From: Eledone cirrhosa
Taxonomy: Eukaryota
Length of the DNA: 64,000 nucleotides
Direction: 5' to 3'
NCBI GenBank assembly: GCA_964016885.1
Contig: OZ024745.1
Coordinates: forward strand, 63,798,001-63,862,000
Part shown: one piece after another, positions 40,004 through 53,943 of the stretch
How positions within the stretch are numbered: the first letter of the stretch is position 1
Layout: each line of letters starts with the position of its first letter
Position numbers and translations under genes: made by a program
The notes under the pieces: model-generated
Told to the model about the DNA's origin: nothing
Seen by the model: the letters and a program-made list of their open reading frames with translations, nothing else
Databases searched by the model: none

Positions 40004-40108
40004 AATTGTTTCTACTTTTGGCACAAGCCCAGCAATTACCAGTACATTACTGGTACTTTATTTTATCGACCCCGTAAGGATGAAAGGCAAAGTTAACCTT
40101 GGCGGGGA
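40004..40108 (-). mobile_element. SINE fragment (6.7-kb family)
   Basis: CTGGTACTTTATTTTATCGACCCCGTAAGGATGAAAGGCAAAG. Confidence 0.75.
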
Positions 40109-41154
40109 TGTTATATTATGTAAGGAAAAGAAAATGAGACGTTATGACGTTAGACCTTTTCTAATAGCACCTTAAAAAATACAGCAACATTCCGCAGCGA
40201 ACAGCAATGAATTTGAGTAAATATATTAAGTTAATGGCAATTGTTTATACGATCATTGATTGTAATATTGGATCGAAGTTTTTAGATTGACTTCAAAATA
40301 CAAATGGAAATATCTGAAGGAATGTATGCAATATCAGAGAGTAAATAAAAAAACTCTCCTTCAACACACACCTTGTCTTTGTAAAAAGAGTAATACGACG
40401 ATCTATCAGGTTTAAAGAGGATATTAAAGAGGTACAATTTTAAAACCTGCACGATTCAATGAATTAATTGAATGGCTAAACATTTCATGGCTGGTACAAA
40501 AATATGTATTTCTAAATTGTCTATTTCATACTCAAGAAACGTCTAGTTGCTTAGCTGCTGATCTGCCTTCAAGAAATAGGTCTATTATAAAAACAAATTC
40601 AGTCGTGATCATCCGTCTTTCATTCAAGCATAGTAAATATTTGACTAGTTTATCAATACAAATACTTTTTTTCAAAACAAGAGAAAGTGATTTGAAGGTG
40701 TTTGGCTGTTATTTGTAACATATCTAACGCCCACATTGAAGCTCCTTCATTGATTTGTTTAGAGTCAGATATGATTAAACAAACTTTTGTGTGAGTTGAC
40801 GTTCCAACCGTTAACATTCTATTTTCATTCATATATTTGTATATGCGGTGACATTATTCCATGTGTATTATTTTCAAAGACAGTGCGCGTGATCATACTG
40901 TGTGGCATCTTGATCAAGTGTGGTCTAACATAGTCTCGGGTCGACTCAAATTTAATAGAAAAATCGTTTGACAATATTTGTCATACGATGTATCAGAATG
41001 TTTCTTTCTGAGAATTTCGTTACAATTATACAAGCCTGTGGAATACTCATTCACTTTCATGCTAATTCAATTAATAGATAGTTACGTTAATCAAACATAT
41101 AAAATAGTCATTATAGAAACAGATGGAGATCCATTTGATATATCTAAAATAAAA

Positions 41155-41292
41155 TGGTACTTTATTTTATCGACCCCGTAAGGATGAAAGGCAAAGTTAA
41201 CCTCGACGGGATTTGAACTCAAACCGTAAAGGGACGTAACTATGCTAGAAATCATGGCATCCAACTCTCTACCGATACTGCCAATCCACCAC
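41155..41292 (-). mobile_element. SINE (6.7-kb family)
   Basis: Same core plus GGGATTTGAACTC (box B, reverse). Confidence 0.75.
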
Positions 41293-41549
41293 ACATAATG
41301 AGGTGATAATTGATTCAATGGAGAATCAACCAACAACGTCAACGTCAACTTGGCTCAATAATATATCTTCACTCTTTGACAATATGAAAAGAAGCAAGAC
41401 GGTTGGTTCTGCTTGGGGACAATATGAAAAGAAGCAAGACAATATGAAAAGAAGCATGAACTCGGTTGGTTCTGCTTGGGGATGCAGTTGGTTAATTCAT
41501 ATAGGAGCGTCTGGAAAGCGTGTCAGAGGAATCTACTCCATGACCAACC

Positions 41550-41700
41550 GAAGAAGAAGAAGAAGAAGAAGAAGAAGAAGAAGAAGAAGAAGAAGAAGAA
41601 GAAGAAGAAGAAGAAGAAGAAGAAGAAGAAGAAGAAGAAGAAGAAGAAGAAGAAGAAGAAGAAGAAGAAGAAGAAGAAGAAGAAGAAGAAGAAGAAGAAG
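41550..41700 (+). repeat. (GAA)n microsatellite
   Basis: ~50 GAA units. Confidence 0.95.
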
Positions 41701-41714
41701 ATATTTAAGAACCG

Positions 41715-42410
41715 TATTTCTGGAAACCAAGGAATCGGAAACAGTTGCGAGTTAAAGAAAGAATCTGAAGGTCTAATCATGAGCACCCAATGGAGAAGCC
41801 GTACAGTCAAACTAAGCAAAAGGAGACAAACGTAGTAAGAATGTCACATGCAGACTATCCAATGAAAAAGACGAGTCCGTAATCCACTTTATAAGTGGTT
41901 GCATTGCTAAGCATGGAAATAATATATGCCTCGCTATGTTTGTGTAACTAGGTTTCTACAGTGGGACAACTTGTGAAAACGAGGATTTGAGTTGCGTGGT
42001 TCAGGGTATCAACACCAAACAGGGATTTTCGTTGAAAATGACATGTTAAAGGTATTTGCGGATTTCACGAACTACAGGCTAGAAGATTTGCCCTAGTTAT
42101 TGTAGAAATGCATAAAAAATATAAACTTATTAACATAGTCATTGCAGCTGACGCAAACGTAAGCAGCAGAGATAAGGATATTTTGAATGTCTTCCCGAAA
42201 GTAAGACCCGTTGTCATTGTAGAGCTAGGGATGTTACCAATAGAATAGAAAGATTCCTGAAAGCTATTGGAAAAACCATAGATGTAGCATTGATCCGAAT
42301 GTCTCCATTGCTGGGTATAGTAAGAAGAATCGGAAATGTTTTGAGCTCTAAGAAAACTTGTTTTTCCGAAACTTTAAGAAGAAATTTCCAATTTGTGCGA
42401 AACATAATAA
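41715..42410 (+). mobile_element. Decayed RLE-type non-LTR retrotransposon 3' part (R4/Dong-like)
   Basis: Fragments LKKESEGLIMSTQ, CRL..KDESVIHFISGC (CCHC), ENDMLKVFADF and PVVIVELG..LLG. Confidence 0.6.
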
Positions 42411-42414
42411 TTTG

Positions 42415-42600
42415 CAGAAGGCCAGAAATTTTTGTTATGGGGGGAAAGTCGATTAAATCGACCCCAGTGCGTGACGAGTACTTTATTTTATCGACCCCGT
42501 AAGGATGAAAGGCATAGGTAAACTCGGTGGCATTTGAAATTAGAACGCAAATGGCTATACCTCTGTAGCGTGAAGCATGGTATGCGGCGTTCTACTGATA
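42415..42600 (-). mobile_element. SINE (6.7-kb family)
   Basis: TTTATCGACCCCGTAAGGATGAAAGGCA. Confidence 0.7.
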
Positions 42601-42621
42601 ATAATAATAATAAAGAGTAGC

Positions 42622-42688
<67 letters not shown>

Positions 42689-43256
42689 ATCTGAAATGAA
42701 AGTATATCGTTTAAAAATGTTCATTCAGCTGTTTACTTACAGTGAATTAGAGGATTTAATGATTAAATGTAAGAAAATGTGTTCTCACGAGTTGCTGACT
42801 GCATTTGCCGCTGTTACACAATTTCTTTTTAAAACCACTGATGAGATTCTGGAGTTAATCAGTGCTTTTCCCATCTCAAAAGAAAAGCTACGCATTTATT
42901 TGCTGAATATATGGTGATACATTATTAGTAGTAAGGATGTTAATAACCGATTTCGATTTGCTCTTCATCCTTCATGTGGCATGTCAAAGAAGAGAGAAAG
43001 AATGAAGTCAAACTCATGAACCTGTAAATTTCCAACCTCATTATACACAAGTCACTTATAAACAATGGATGTAGCATGGTTGAATACACACCGACATACA
43101 CACACACATACACTCACATATATAGAGAGATAGATATACATACCTACATGCATACGTACATACATTCATACGTACAAATATACATATATTCACTCATACA
43201 TACATATATACACATATACAAACAGGCATACATACGTATATACATACATGCATACA

Positions 43257-44248
43257 TGGTGGCTGCCAACTCGTTTTCGAGTACGGCCACTACTTTATAT
43301 CCATGTAGGAGAACCCCTACCGATGCGCTGAACAAGTGTGACTTTTTAGTCCAGCCAGCGTCTTGAAAACTCTGGTACAAACACTACACTTGTGAAAATT
43401 ATTGACACATAGTGCTGGGCCCATGGTACCATCTAACGACAAGTGCAGAGAGATCTCCAGATATAAAGCAATGCCTGTGCCGTGAAGCTTTTATAGTGAG
43501 CAAAGGCACTGCACAAAGCCAGTCCCACTCTCTTAACCAAGATGATATTTACCAAAAAGAATAACAAGTCAACATCATTGGATATCATCAGGGTTGCAGG
43601 TATTACATCAGAGTTTTCCTTCTCCTAGAATTCTGCCTTGACAAAGGCTAAGGGGTCATCTCTCCCGGTGATTTTGGATGGCCATTGACTCTTAAGAGCT
43701 TTTTTGCCCTTTGACAGGTTTTGTTTTTAGTCCTGCAGGATGTCCAAAGTCACCCTCCTCACCAAAAAACCTTAGTGGGGTTGCCAGTTTAGTCGCCAAG
43801 GACCCAACCATGAGACAGGTTGTACTGGGATACATGTTACCAATAGTACCAACTGGTGACCTGACCATAATACATATACACATACATACAGGCAAGATGG
43901 CTGCCTCCTCGTTATCGAGTATGGCCATTGCACGATATACCATTATTAATAATTATTAAATAATTCTATCGTGCATTGCCTGTGCATGAAGATATTTTTT
44001 AAAGTGAGGAAAGACTGTGCACTGAGCCAATCCCACTCTCTGAGCAACAGTAGCTATAACCCGAAAAGAAGAAAAGATCAACATCATCGGTAACTACTGA
44101 GCCGCAGGTTTTCTATCGGAGTTATCCCAATTTCCTGAGTTGCTTTCTCCTAGAATAATGCCCTGAAAAAGGTTAGGGGTCCTTCACTCCCGGTGGCTTA
44201 ACCGCGCGGTACATGTTTACACACTTTTGGATGACCGTTGACTATTAT
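43257..44248 (-). mobile_element. Second copy of the 610-bp element (43257-43866) plus an older partial copy (43890-44248)
   Basis: Directly similar to 25336-25942. Confidence 0.7.
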
Positions 44249-44593
44249 GACATACATACATACATACATACATACATACATACATACATACATACATACA
44301 TACATACATACATACATACACACATACATACATGATTGCTCATTCCTTTCAGAATATTGCCGCCTCTTCAAAAATCGTTGGTTATTACTGCAATAAAAAT
44401 AACTTGTATAATGCCATTTTTATAAAATTTATGATTCAAGTGAAATGAAATGAAAATAAAAAACAAAAAATGTTATTGAAAGGTTCAAACCAGTTCAAAA
44501 TGAACAATAATATTGATGCGATTTGATTGAGCTTAATATAATTCAATTTTGTGGAAATTGGTATATTATCTGTAAGCAAATCCCCAAACTATG

Positions 44594-44634
<41 letters not shown>

Positions 44635-44852
44635 TATAGATATAGATAGATAGATATATATATGGATGTATATGTATATAGAAAAGAAATATGATTTCGC
44701 TTCAAGCATAGCTTTATACAATATGTATAGAAATTTCGTATTTCAAAAGAAATACGATTTTAGGAAGCCGTAGCTATGCGAACACCGTGTGGGGGGGGGG
44801 GGGGGGGTGCTAACACCCTCTGGTAGGTGTTGTCCAGAAAGCAAGGGAGACA

Positions 44853-44896
44853 ACCGTCTATGCATTTCAGGCTTGACTGGCCATCGTCAGGACGAT
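44853..44896 (-). ncRNA. Minimal hammerhead ribozyme
   Basis: atcgtc-CTGACGA-tggc cagtcaa gcct-GAAA-TGCA-TA-gacggt. Confidence 0.85.
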
Positions 44897-45093
44897 CCCT
44901 CCCACTGCTCTGCAACTGCTGGACTTGAAAACAGCTGAGAATATATACTTTTCTCGTCTGTGTAAATGAGGTGATTAATCTCATTTGCATATGAAGCTGC
45001 ATAAGTTGGCTCAACTTATAATAGAAATGAAATAGGATTTCGCTTCAAGCATATCTTTATACAATATGTATGAGCCAACTTATGCAGCTTCAT

Positions 45094-45170
45094 ATGCAAA
45101 TGAGATTAATCACCTTATTTACACAGACGAGAAAACTATATATTTTCGGCTGTTTTTAAGTCCAGCAGTC
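45094..45170 (+). promoter_or_regulatory. Putative promoter: octamer, TATATA, initiator-like GCAGT
   Basis: ATGCAAAT at 45094-45101, TATATA at 45137, and the A of GCAGT at 45167 (30 nt after the TATA start). Mirrored at 44990/44947/44917. Confidence 0.5.
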
Positions 45171-45187
45171 GCAGAGCAGTGGGAGAG

Positions 45188-45231
45188 ATCGTCCTGACGA
45201 TGGCCAGTCAAGCCTGAAATGCATAGACGGT
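45188..45231 (+). ncRNA. Minimal hammerhead ribozyme
   Basis: atcgtc-CTGACGA-tggc cagtcaa gcct-GAAA-TGCA-TA-gacggt, with palindromic ATGCAT stem III. Confidence 0.85.
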
Positions 45232-46299
45232 TGTCTCTCTTGCTTCTGCTGGACAACACCTGAGGGCGTTATCCCCCCCCCCCCCGGTGTTCGCATAGCT
45301 GCGACTTTCTAAAATCGTATTTCTTTCGAAATACGAAATTTCTCTCTCTATATATATATATAGAGAGAGAGAGAGAGCGAGAAAGTCGTTTGTGTATGTA
45401 TACCTATACGTATTCATCATGTGTGTGTACGTATACCTATACGTATTCATCATATACATTTTCAGTTTTATACATATTGGTGTTACCTTATATATACCAG
45501 CTCACCTCGACCAAAGTATGGTTCAACATAGATTTGAGGAGAAAGAATACAGCTCTTTAACTCATAAACGACAATCGGTCACGATATCTGGAACCTTCAA
45601 ATCTGTAAAATATTCTTTCGATTCAATGGATAAATGATTGCCCAACGACCAACGAAATCTCCTCTTTACCACCGTTCCACCGGGAAGGTTGCTGATCAAA
45701 CATAAACTCAAAATTAAGCAAAGGAAACAGTGTTTTACACATTTTAGGTCATTTGTTTTGAAATGAACTTTTCCTGGATATTATTTCAACGGTATTATGT
45801 AATCTTAATTGAAATAAATTTGAATTTTTGTAATGATTGTGTGTAGCAAGCACTCTTAATAGTGCATGGGATAAAAAAGACTTGCAATATGCATTTTGAG
45901 AAAGAAATACTATTAATCATATGACAACCCATTTAATATCAAGAGTCAAATTTGCCATATTGTCATACACATTCAGAAATAAAATAAACCAAGAAGAGTA
46001 CCATTATAAAACAAAATAAAAAAGAGTTATCACCTAATAAAATTGTCATAAATCATATAAATGTAACTAAACAGAAATGAAGGAATGGGGTTAGTTCTAA
46101 TGAAATATGACGATATTCTCAAGACATTGCATTCACATATTTTTCGATACAGTTACATCGACTTAGTTATGCAAATTATAAAGAGCATTAAATCACTATT
46201 CTGTATTCACAGTGGCAGCTCAACGATATGAAACATGCCCTCAAGAATAACTCGAGGTAGCAAGGAAGTGAAATATCAACTGCAAAATAATATATAAAT

Positions 46300-46378
<79 letters not shown>

Positions 46379-47002
46379 CAGTTGCACTGATATAGCGTGG
46401 TCCATAATGGCAGTGTATATGAACGCATAAATATATATATTTTGGTTAGGAATAATTAACATGAAAATCTATCACTATGAATGTATATTGCTGGGATCAT
46501 TTCACAGCTACTTCAATATTGGAATACCAGACACAAGCTTTTTAAATTTCATCCGTCATCATCGATATTACCCACTTGATACTGAGAAAAGGATAAGCTT
46601 GAACTTTACAGCTTTTATGATGTTGTTTTTTTCTATCTCTGAACAATTGGCTCGGGAAGCTCATTTGCGAACTTGTCTGTCTAGCAGTAACAGTAATAAT
46701 AACATAGCTTGGTTTATAGGGTGGATATGAAAGTATAGATTATGTGTTTATGTAAAAAAGAACAAAAAGCATATCGTATATGCCTTAATTACATCCCTAC
46801 TGAATATGGAAACATATATATATATATTCACATATATATATTCACATTCACACAAACGCTTATATATATTATTGGACCGGGCGATGCGTTATGTCCTTGA
46901 GCAAGACGCTTTATTTCACGTTGCCCCTTCTACCTGGAGTTGCGACCGATAGATAGTACTAGCAATTGGAAAGACCAACGGAAACATTGTTTCCTCGATC
47001 CT

Positions 47003-47073
<71 letters not shown>

Positions 47074-47092
47074 TGTGTGTGTGTGTGTGTGC

Positions 47093-47181
<89 letters not shown>

Positions 47182-49725
47182 TGTGTGTGTATGACTGTAT
47201 GTTTGCCTGATTTCACGTACATATATATGTGTCTTCAATATCGGAAGTTCAATGGCATTCGACAATGATCCTCAATATGAAATGTCAGGTATATCAGAAC
47301 TGAATCGATGTCCTCTGCTCATGCTTTCCTCTGCTGCGAAGATTCGATTTTAACCCCGGTTAACCACATCCTTGTATCTCGCCTGATTTCCTTTGTACCT
47401 AGAAAATCGTGAGTAGAATTTTTATCTTTGTCGTAGAAACCAAGATTCATTTTTGGAAATAAACTAGCTACCGGATATTTTCCTACGATAACATCATTTC
47501 CATGCTCTACTACTTTCTCGTCTTAGAGAATGCTAATTACTCTAGTCTAGAAATGCCCTCGTCATTCTAGGAAAATGTCATGATATCTTTTATGCGTCTC
47601 ATCATTAAAGCACGCAGATTGCTTATATGTTTGTAGTGTATCATCCATGATACGTGAGTTTTATTCTTATGTCCCTCCCATTTCAGTGTATTTCACTCCT
47701 CGCTTTCTCATTCTCACCCTTCCAAATTCCACGGTTGCCTTTCTCACTCTGCGATCTCTTTTGACATTGAACTATCCATCCTTACTGGGTTTTACTGCTC
47801 AAATATGTTATGCAGCTTGCCTCTACTTTATCCTGCCCTTCTAGTGATAAGGGTAGATTGTGCTATTTAATCAAATCAGGATATGACTAATAAAATGTGT
47901 TAATTTTCAAGAGGATGTTACTTTTCAAGAGGATTTTGTGTTTGCACTCCCAAATAGCATATTATCTGTACTGTCGATGGCTTGCATATAAATATCATGA
48001 AACAATAATCACCTCCACAAACATAGACTTGCTTTGATGTGCAATGGCCCCATTGTATCATCAGAATATGCTGAGCTGAAGTTCACATGCCTGGCATAAG
48101 CTATCATATCAGTATCTAGAATCCGAAACTTATGAATATCTGTCACATTGAATAACTTTTTAACGTCAACTGTATATGACATTTGAATGTTTATAGGTCG
48201 TTGGTCATATCTGACAGTGTGTGACGAACGCCAAATTCGGCTTCCACAACAAATGTTTAATGTTACACATGTGCTTATTGCTGTTGACATTATATATGTC
48301 CTCTATTCACAGTGTACGACGACACTCTTCAGTGTAACCTTCCGTTTTCTGACAGTAGTGTGCAATAAGAGAATTATTAAGATGTTAGTTTTAGTAGATC
48401 AATTTTTCACGAAAGATTTTCGTATTAATTTCTAATTATTTTCTTCATACAACTGTGTATACGGGGCACCATATACATAATCTTTTTGTTATTTTTAAAT
48501 ATAAAATATGAAACCTTTAATGCTGCAGATTTTGGATAAGAACAGAAATATTTTAAATGACATATTACAATGCCCTCGTTGATAAATTCGGAGCCGGAGA
48601 TTATAAACAACGCAGATATCATTCGAATAGTAAACTATAAACGTTCTTTCTCTTATCAATTTTCCATTGGTCATCTCTCTCTATCAAGAAGAAAGTAAGT
48701 ATGGTGATGGAAGAACTCTATTGCTGTCCTTAGAAATGAAAACTGGATAAAGGTAATATATGGGAAGTTAAAGATTCCACTAATGACAACGTATATTAAG
48801 TTAAATATCTTGCTTAAACTAGCACCCAAATCTTCAAATTACACTCTGCCGCCTTATATTGATTAGACACATTGACTCATGAAATCCTAATTATGAAATT
48901 CCTAGGAGAAAATTCGCATGAACCTCTTTTCATGATAAGAAAAAACTTACAATGCAATTTAGAAGATTTAACCATGTAGGTATAACATGTTTAAGAATCA
49001 AGTTCCTGGTTATTTTTTAGCAGCAGATAGTCATGAGAGGGCTATATTTGAACTTACACTGTACGAATATTTTTTCTTTGCATGAAGCGGAAAACAATTG
49101 CGTATCCATCTCATGGATGTTAAATGAAATGGCAGCAAACTGGAGTTTGCAGAATCAAACTCGTCCTCAATATATGGAGAACCACCCCTCTTAAATTGAG
49201 ATTTTCTATAATTTAAAAATATTGCACCTCTGATGATTTGCATCCTACAACGAATGTTCAGTGAGATTTGTTAAACATTGGCGAAAAGAAAACAATTAGC
49301 TAAATATTAAGTGGACTAGATAAGATTTATTTTACCAAATTTAATTGCTTTGATAATAAGCTTCTATATAACAATCGGATATAATAAGCATATTTTAATT
49401 CCTAAGAAATTTTGCGTTTGATCATTAACGATTTACCATTAAGTTGATATGGGAAATCATTTTTTAATTGATATAATTGGCAGTACCCATTAACTTATTA
49501 CTAATTTCTAGAATATTAAGCTTGATGTTTAACTATGCTTAATTCATAGTTAGCATCACCAGCTTATACTATTCGACCCAGATTCAGAATTGATGTTCAC
49601 ACAGTTAGTCGATGATTTATTATAAGGCCCATTGCGTTACATATACTTGTATATATTCACATATACTCATGTACATCTAGATATGAATATATGCGTTATG
49701 TATGCATACATACATAACGCATGTA

Positions 49726-49763
<38 letters not shown>

Positions 49764-49924
49764 TGCATGCATGTATATTTTTCTTTCTATCCGTCATTTT
49801 CTAATTGTCCTTAACACTATGACTTATTAAAGTTATATAAACAATTCACTATCCGGATGACTTCCAGAAACAATGGTTGCATTTTAATAGGGTATGTCAA
49901 AGCTTATTTGTAAAACTGTTATAT

Positions 49925-49980
49925 ATTGTCTGATGAAGGCATACCATAATTTAATTTGGTATCCCTGAAATATGTATAAT
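49925..49980 (+). ncRNA. Hammerhead ribozyme (33-kb family)
   Basis: attg(t)-CTGATGA-agg catacca..tggtatc cct-GAAA-tatg-TA-taat. Confidence 0.6.
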
Positions 49981-50032
49981 GAAATAAATATGGTTTTATA
50001 AATATAGTTTCCATTTATTAATATCGTATATC

Positions 50033-50103
<71 letters not shown>

Positions 50104-50345
50104 AGTATGCATGTATACGTACATACATATATGTATACAGACGTACAGTAGCATGCACATATATATATATATATACATATATACATACATATGCATACAG
50201 GTACACATACATATATGCACGTATCAGTTTAGCGGCGCTTATTATAACGTCGCTTTGTTCGTTTGTAAACAAACTGAACAGCCTGAATTTATGCCATACG
50301 GTGTTAAGGCAACCACGTCACCTTTTTGTTCAACACTGACACAGG

Positions 50346-50390
50346 AACGATGTACTAGTTTCAAGCTTGTTAGCTATCATCAGCACCGTT
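50346..50390 (-). ncRNA. Minimal type-I hammerhead ribozyme (unit 1)
   Basis: aacggtg-CTGATGA-tagc taacaa gctt-GAAA-CTAG-TA-catcgtt; 7-bp stem I, GUA triplet. Confidence 0.9.
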
Positions 50391-50396
50391 TACCCA

Positions 50397-50471
50397 TCTG
50401 CCAGATAGTTGAACGTTCGAAAGTATATACTTTCCTTATGAAAATTAACGGCTGAGCAGCCTAATTTGCAT
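50397..50471 (-). promoter_or_regulatory. Putative promoter in each array unit: octamer, TATATA, GCAG
   Basis: Octamer at 50471-50464, TATATA from 50429, and the A of GCAGA at 50399. Confidence 0.45.
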
Positions 50472-50823
50472 ATTGAGTGAGTTAAATCGGTCAGGCATAC
50501 CGAAAACGATAAATTGAAACAAAATGAAAACGAAATTTCATTTCTCACTCTTAGTATGGCACTTACTTAAATGTAAGTATGCATGTATACGTACATACAT
50601 ATATGTATACAGACGTACAGTAGCATGCACATATATATATATATATATATATACATATATACATACATATGCATACAGGTACACATACATATATGCACGT
50701 ATCAGTTTAGCGGCGCTTATTATAACGTCGCTTTGTTCGTTTGTAAACAAACTGAACAGCCTGAATTTATGCCATACGGTGTTAAGGCAACCACGTCACC
50801 TTTTTGTTCAACACTGACACAGG

Positions 50824-50868
50824 AACGATGTACTAGTTTCAAGCTTGTTAGCTATCATCAGCACCGTT
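50824..50868 (-). ncRNA. Hammerhead ribozyme (unit 2)
   Basis: Identical to unit 1. Confidence 0.9.
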
Positions 50869-51296
50869 TACCCATCTGCCAGATAGTTGAACGTTCGAAA
50901 GTATATACTTTCCTTATGAAAATTAACGGCTGAGCAGCCTAATTTGCATATTGAGTGAGTTAAATCGGTCAGGCATACCGAAAACGATAAATTGAAACAA
51001 AATGAAAACGAAATTTCATTTCTCACTCTTAGTATGGCACTTACTTAAATGTAAGTATGCATGTATACGTACATACATATATGTATACAGACGTACAGTA
51101 GCATGCACATATATATATATATATACATATATACATACATATGCATACAGGTACACATACATATATGCACGTATCAGTTTAGCGGCGCTTATTATAACGT
51201 CGCTTTGTTCGTTTGTAAACAAACTGAACAGCCTGAATTTATGCCATACGGAGTTAAGGCAACCACGTCACTTTTTTTGTTCAACACTGACACAGG

Positions 51297-51341
51297 AACG
51301 ATGTACTAGTTTCAAGCTTGTTAGCTATCATCAGCACCGTT
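51297..51341 (-). ncRNA. Hammerhead ribozyme (unit 3)
   Basis: Identical to unit 1. Confidence 0.9.
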
Positions 51342-51768
51342 TACCCATCTGCCAGAAAGTTGAACGTTCGAAAGTATATACTTTCCTTATGAAAATTAAC
51401 GGCTGAGCAGCCTAATTTGCATATTGAGTGAGTTAAATCGGTCAGGCATACCGAAAACGATAAATTGAAACAAAATGAAAACGAAATTTCATTTCACACT
51501 CTTAGTATGGCACTTACTTAAATGTAAGTATGCATGTATACGTACATACATATATGTATACAGACGTACAGTAGCATGCACATATATATATATATATACA
51601 TATATACATACATATGCATACAGGTACACATACATATATGCACGTATCAGTTTAGCGGCGCTTATTATAACGTCGCTTTGTTCGTTTGTAAACAAACTGA
51701 ACAGCCTGAATTTATGCCATACGGTGTTAAGGCAACCACGTCACCTTTTTGTTCAACACTGACACAGG

Positions 51769-51813
51769 AACGATGTACTAGTTTCAAGCTTGTTAGCTAT
51801 CATCAGCACCGTT
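51769..51813 (-). ncRNA. Hammerhead ribozyme (unit 4)
   Basis: Identical to unit 1. Confidence 0.9.
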
Positions 51814-52240
51814 TACCCATCTGCCAGAAAGTTGAACGTTCGAAAGTATATACTTTCCTTATGAAAATTAACGGCTGAGCAGCCTAATTTGCATATTGAG
51901 TGAGTTAAATCGGTCAGGCATACCGAAAACGATAAATTGAAACAAAATGAAAACGAAATTTCATTTCACACTCTTAGTATGGCACTTACTTAAATGTAAG
52001 TATGCATGTATACGTACATACATATATGTATACAGACGTACAGTAGCATGCACATATATATATATATATACATATATACATACATATGCATACAGGTACA
52101 CATACATATATGCACGTATCAGTTTAGCGGCGCTTATTATAACGTCGCTTTGTTCGTTTGTAAACAAACTGAACAGCCTGAATTTATGCCATACGGTGTT
52201 AAGGCAACCACGTCACCTTTTTGTTCAACACTGACACAGG

Positions 52241-52285
52241 AACGATGTACTAGTTTCAAGCGTGTTAGCTATCATCAGCACCGTT
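52241..52285 (-). ncRNA. Hammerhead ribozyme (unit 5)
   Basis: One change in loop II only. Confidence 0.9.
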
Positions 52286-52965
52286 TACCCATCTGCCAGA
52301 TAGTTGAACGTTCGAATGTATATACTTTCCTTATGAAAATTAACGGCTGAGCAGCCTAATTTGCATATTGAGTGAGTTAAATCGGTCAGGCATACCGAAA
52401 ACGATAAATTGAAACAAAATGAAAACGAAATTTCATTTCTCACTCTTAGTATGGCACTTACTTAAATGTAAGTATGCATGTATACGTACATACATATATG
52501 TATACAGACGTACAGTAGCATGCACATATATATATATATACATATATACATACATATGCATACAGGTACACATACATATATGCACGTATCAGTTTAGCGG
52601 CGCTTATTATAACGTCGCTTTGTTCGTTTGTAAACAAACAGAACAGCCTGAATTTATGCCATACGGTGTTAAGGCAACCACGTCACCTTTTTGTTCAACA
52701 CTGACAGTAAGTGCCATACTAAGAGTGAGAAATGAAATTTCGTTTTCATTTTTTTTCAATATATATATATATATGTGTAGATAAATCTACCAAGAGTTTA
52801 CGGTAGTGTCCAATCCGTATGAAGAACTCAATGTAATCCGGATATCATGGAAAGAAGAGATGCAATGAAAAATCACTTTCGGTGAAAGATAAACGGAATA
52901 CAGAGTCAAGATAAAATTTTTTTTTTTTTTTTTTAATATTTTAAAATTTTTAATTTTTTTAATAT

Positions 52966-53632
<667 letters not shown>

Positions 53633-53759
53633 GTGTGTGGTTGTATGAGAAAGAAGGTATATGTGGCTCTGTGTGTGTACACGCGGTTATGAATGCGTTT
53701 GTGAATGTTATTCTGTGTATACGTTCACAATGCAAACCCGGCCCGAGAATCGAACATGC

Positions 53760-53837
<78 letters not shown>

Positions 53838-53891
53838 ATTATAACGCAGATATTCATATCTAGGTGTGCATGAGTATAAATATTGTTATAC

Positions 53892-53943
<52 letters not shown>

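Larger units (their letters stand above)
44730..45343. mobile_element. Head-to-head inverted insert (arms 44730-45013 / 45071-45343) with intact HHRs
   Basis: The arms are reverse complements with several mismatches and are flanked by microsatellites. Confidence 0.8.
50101..52760 (-). repeat. Tandem array of ~5.5 x 472-478-bp units, one hammerhead per unit (non-LTR retrozyme-like), with a 54-bp inverted end piece
   Basis: HHR starts at 50346, 50824, 51297, 51769 and 52241 (spacings 478, 473, 472, 472). Inverted piece at 52707-52760. (TA)n lies on both sides. Confidence 0.92.

Noticed and set aside
50101-52760. CRISPR-like periodicity
   Set aside because: Whole units repeat with no unique spacers, in a eukaryotic context
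50111-52784. Repeated 95-134 aa ORFs in the array
   Set aside because: Built from TA/CA microsatellites, with frames shifting between units; not coding
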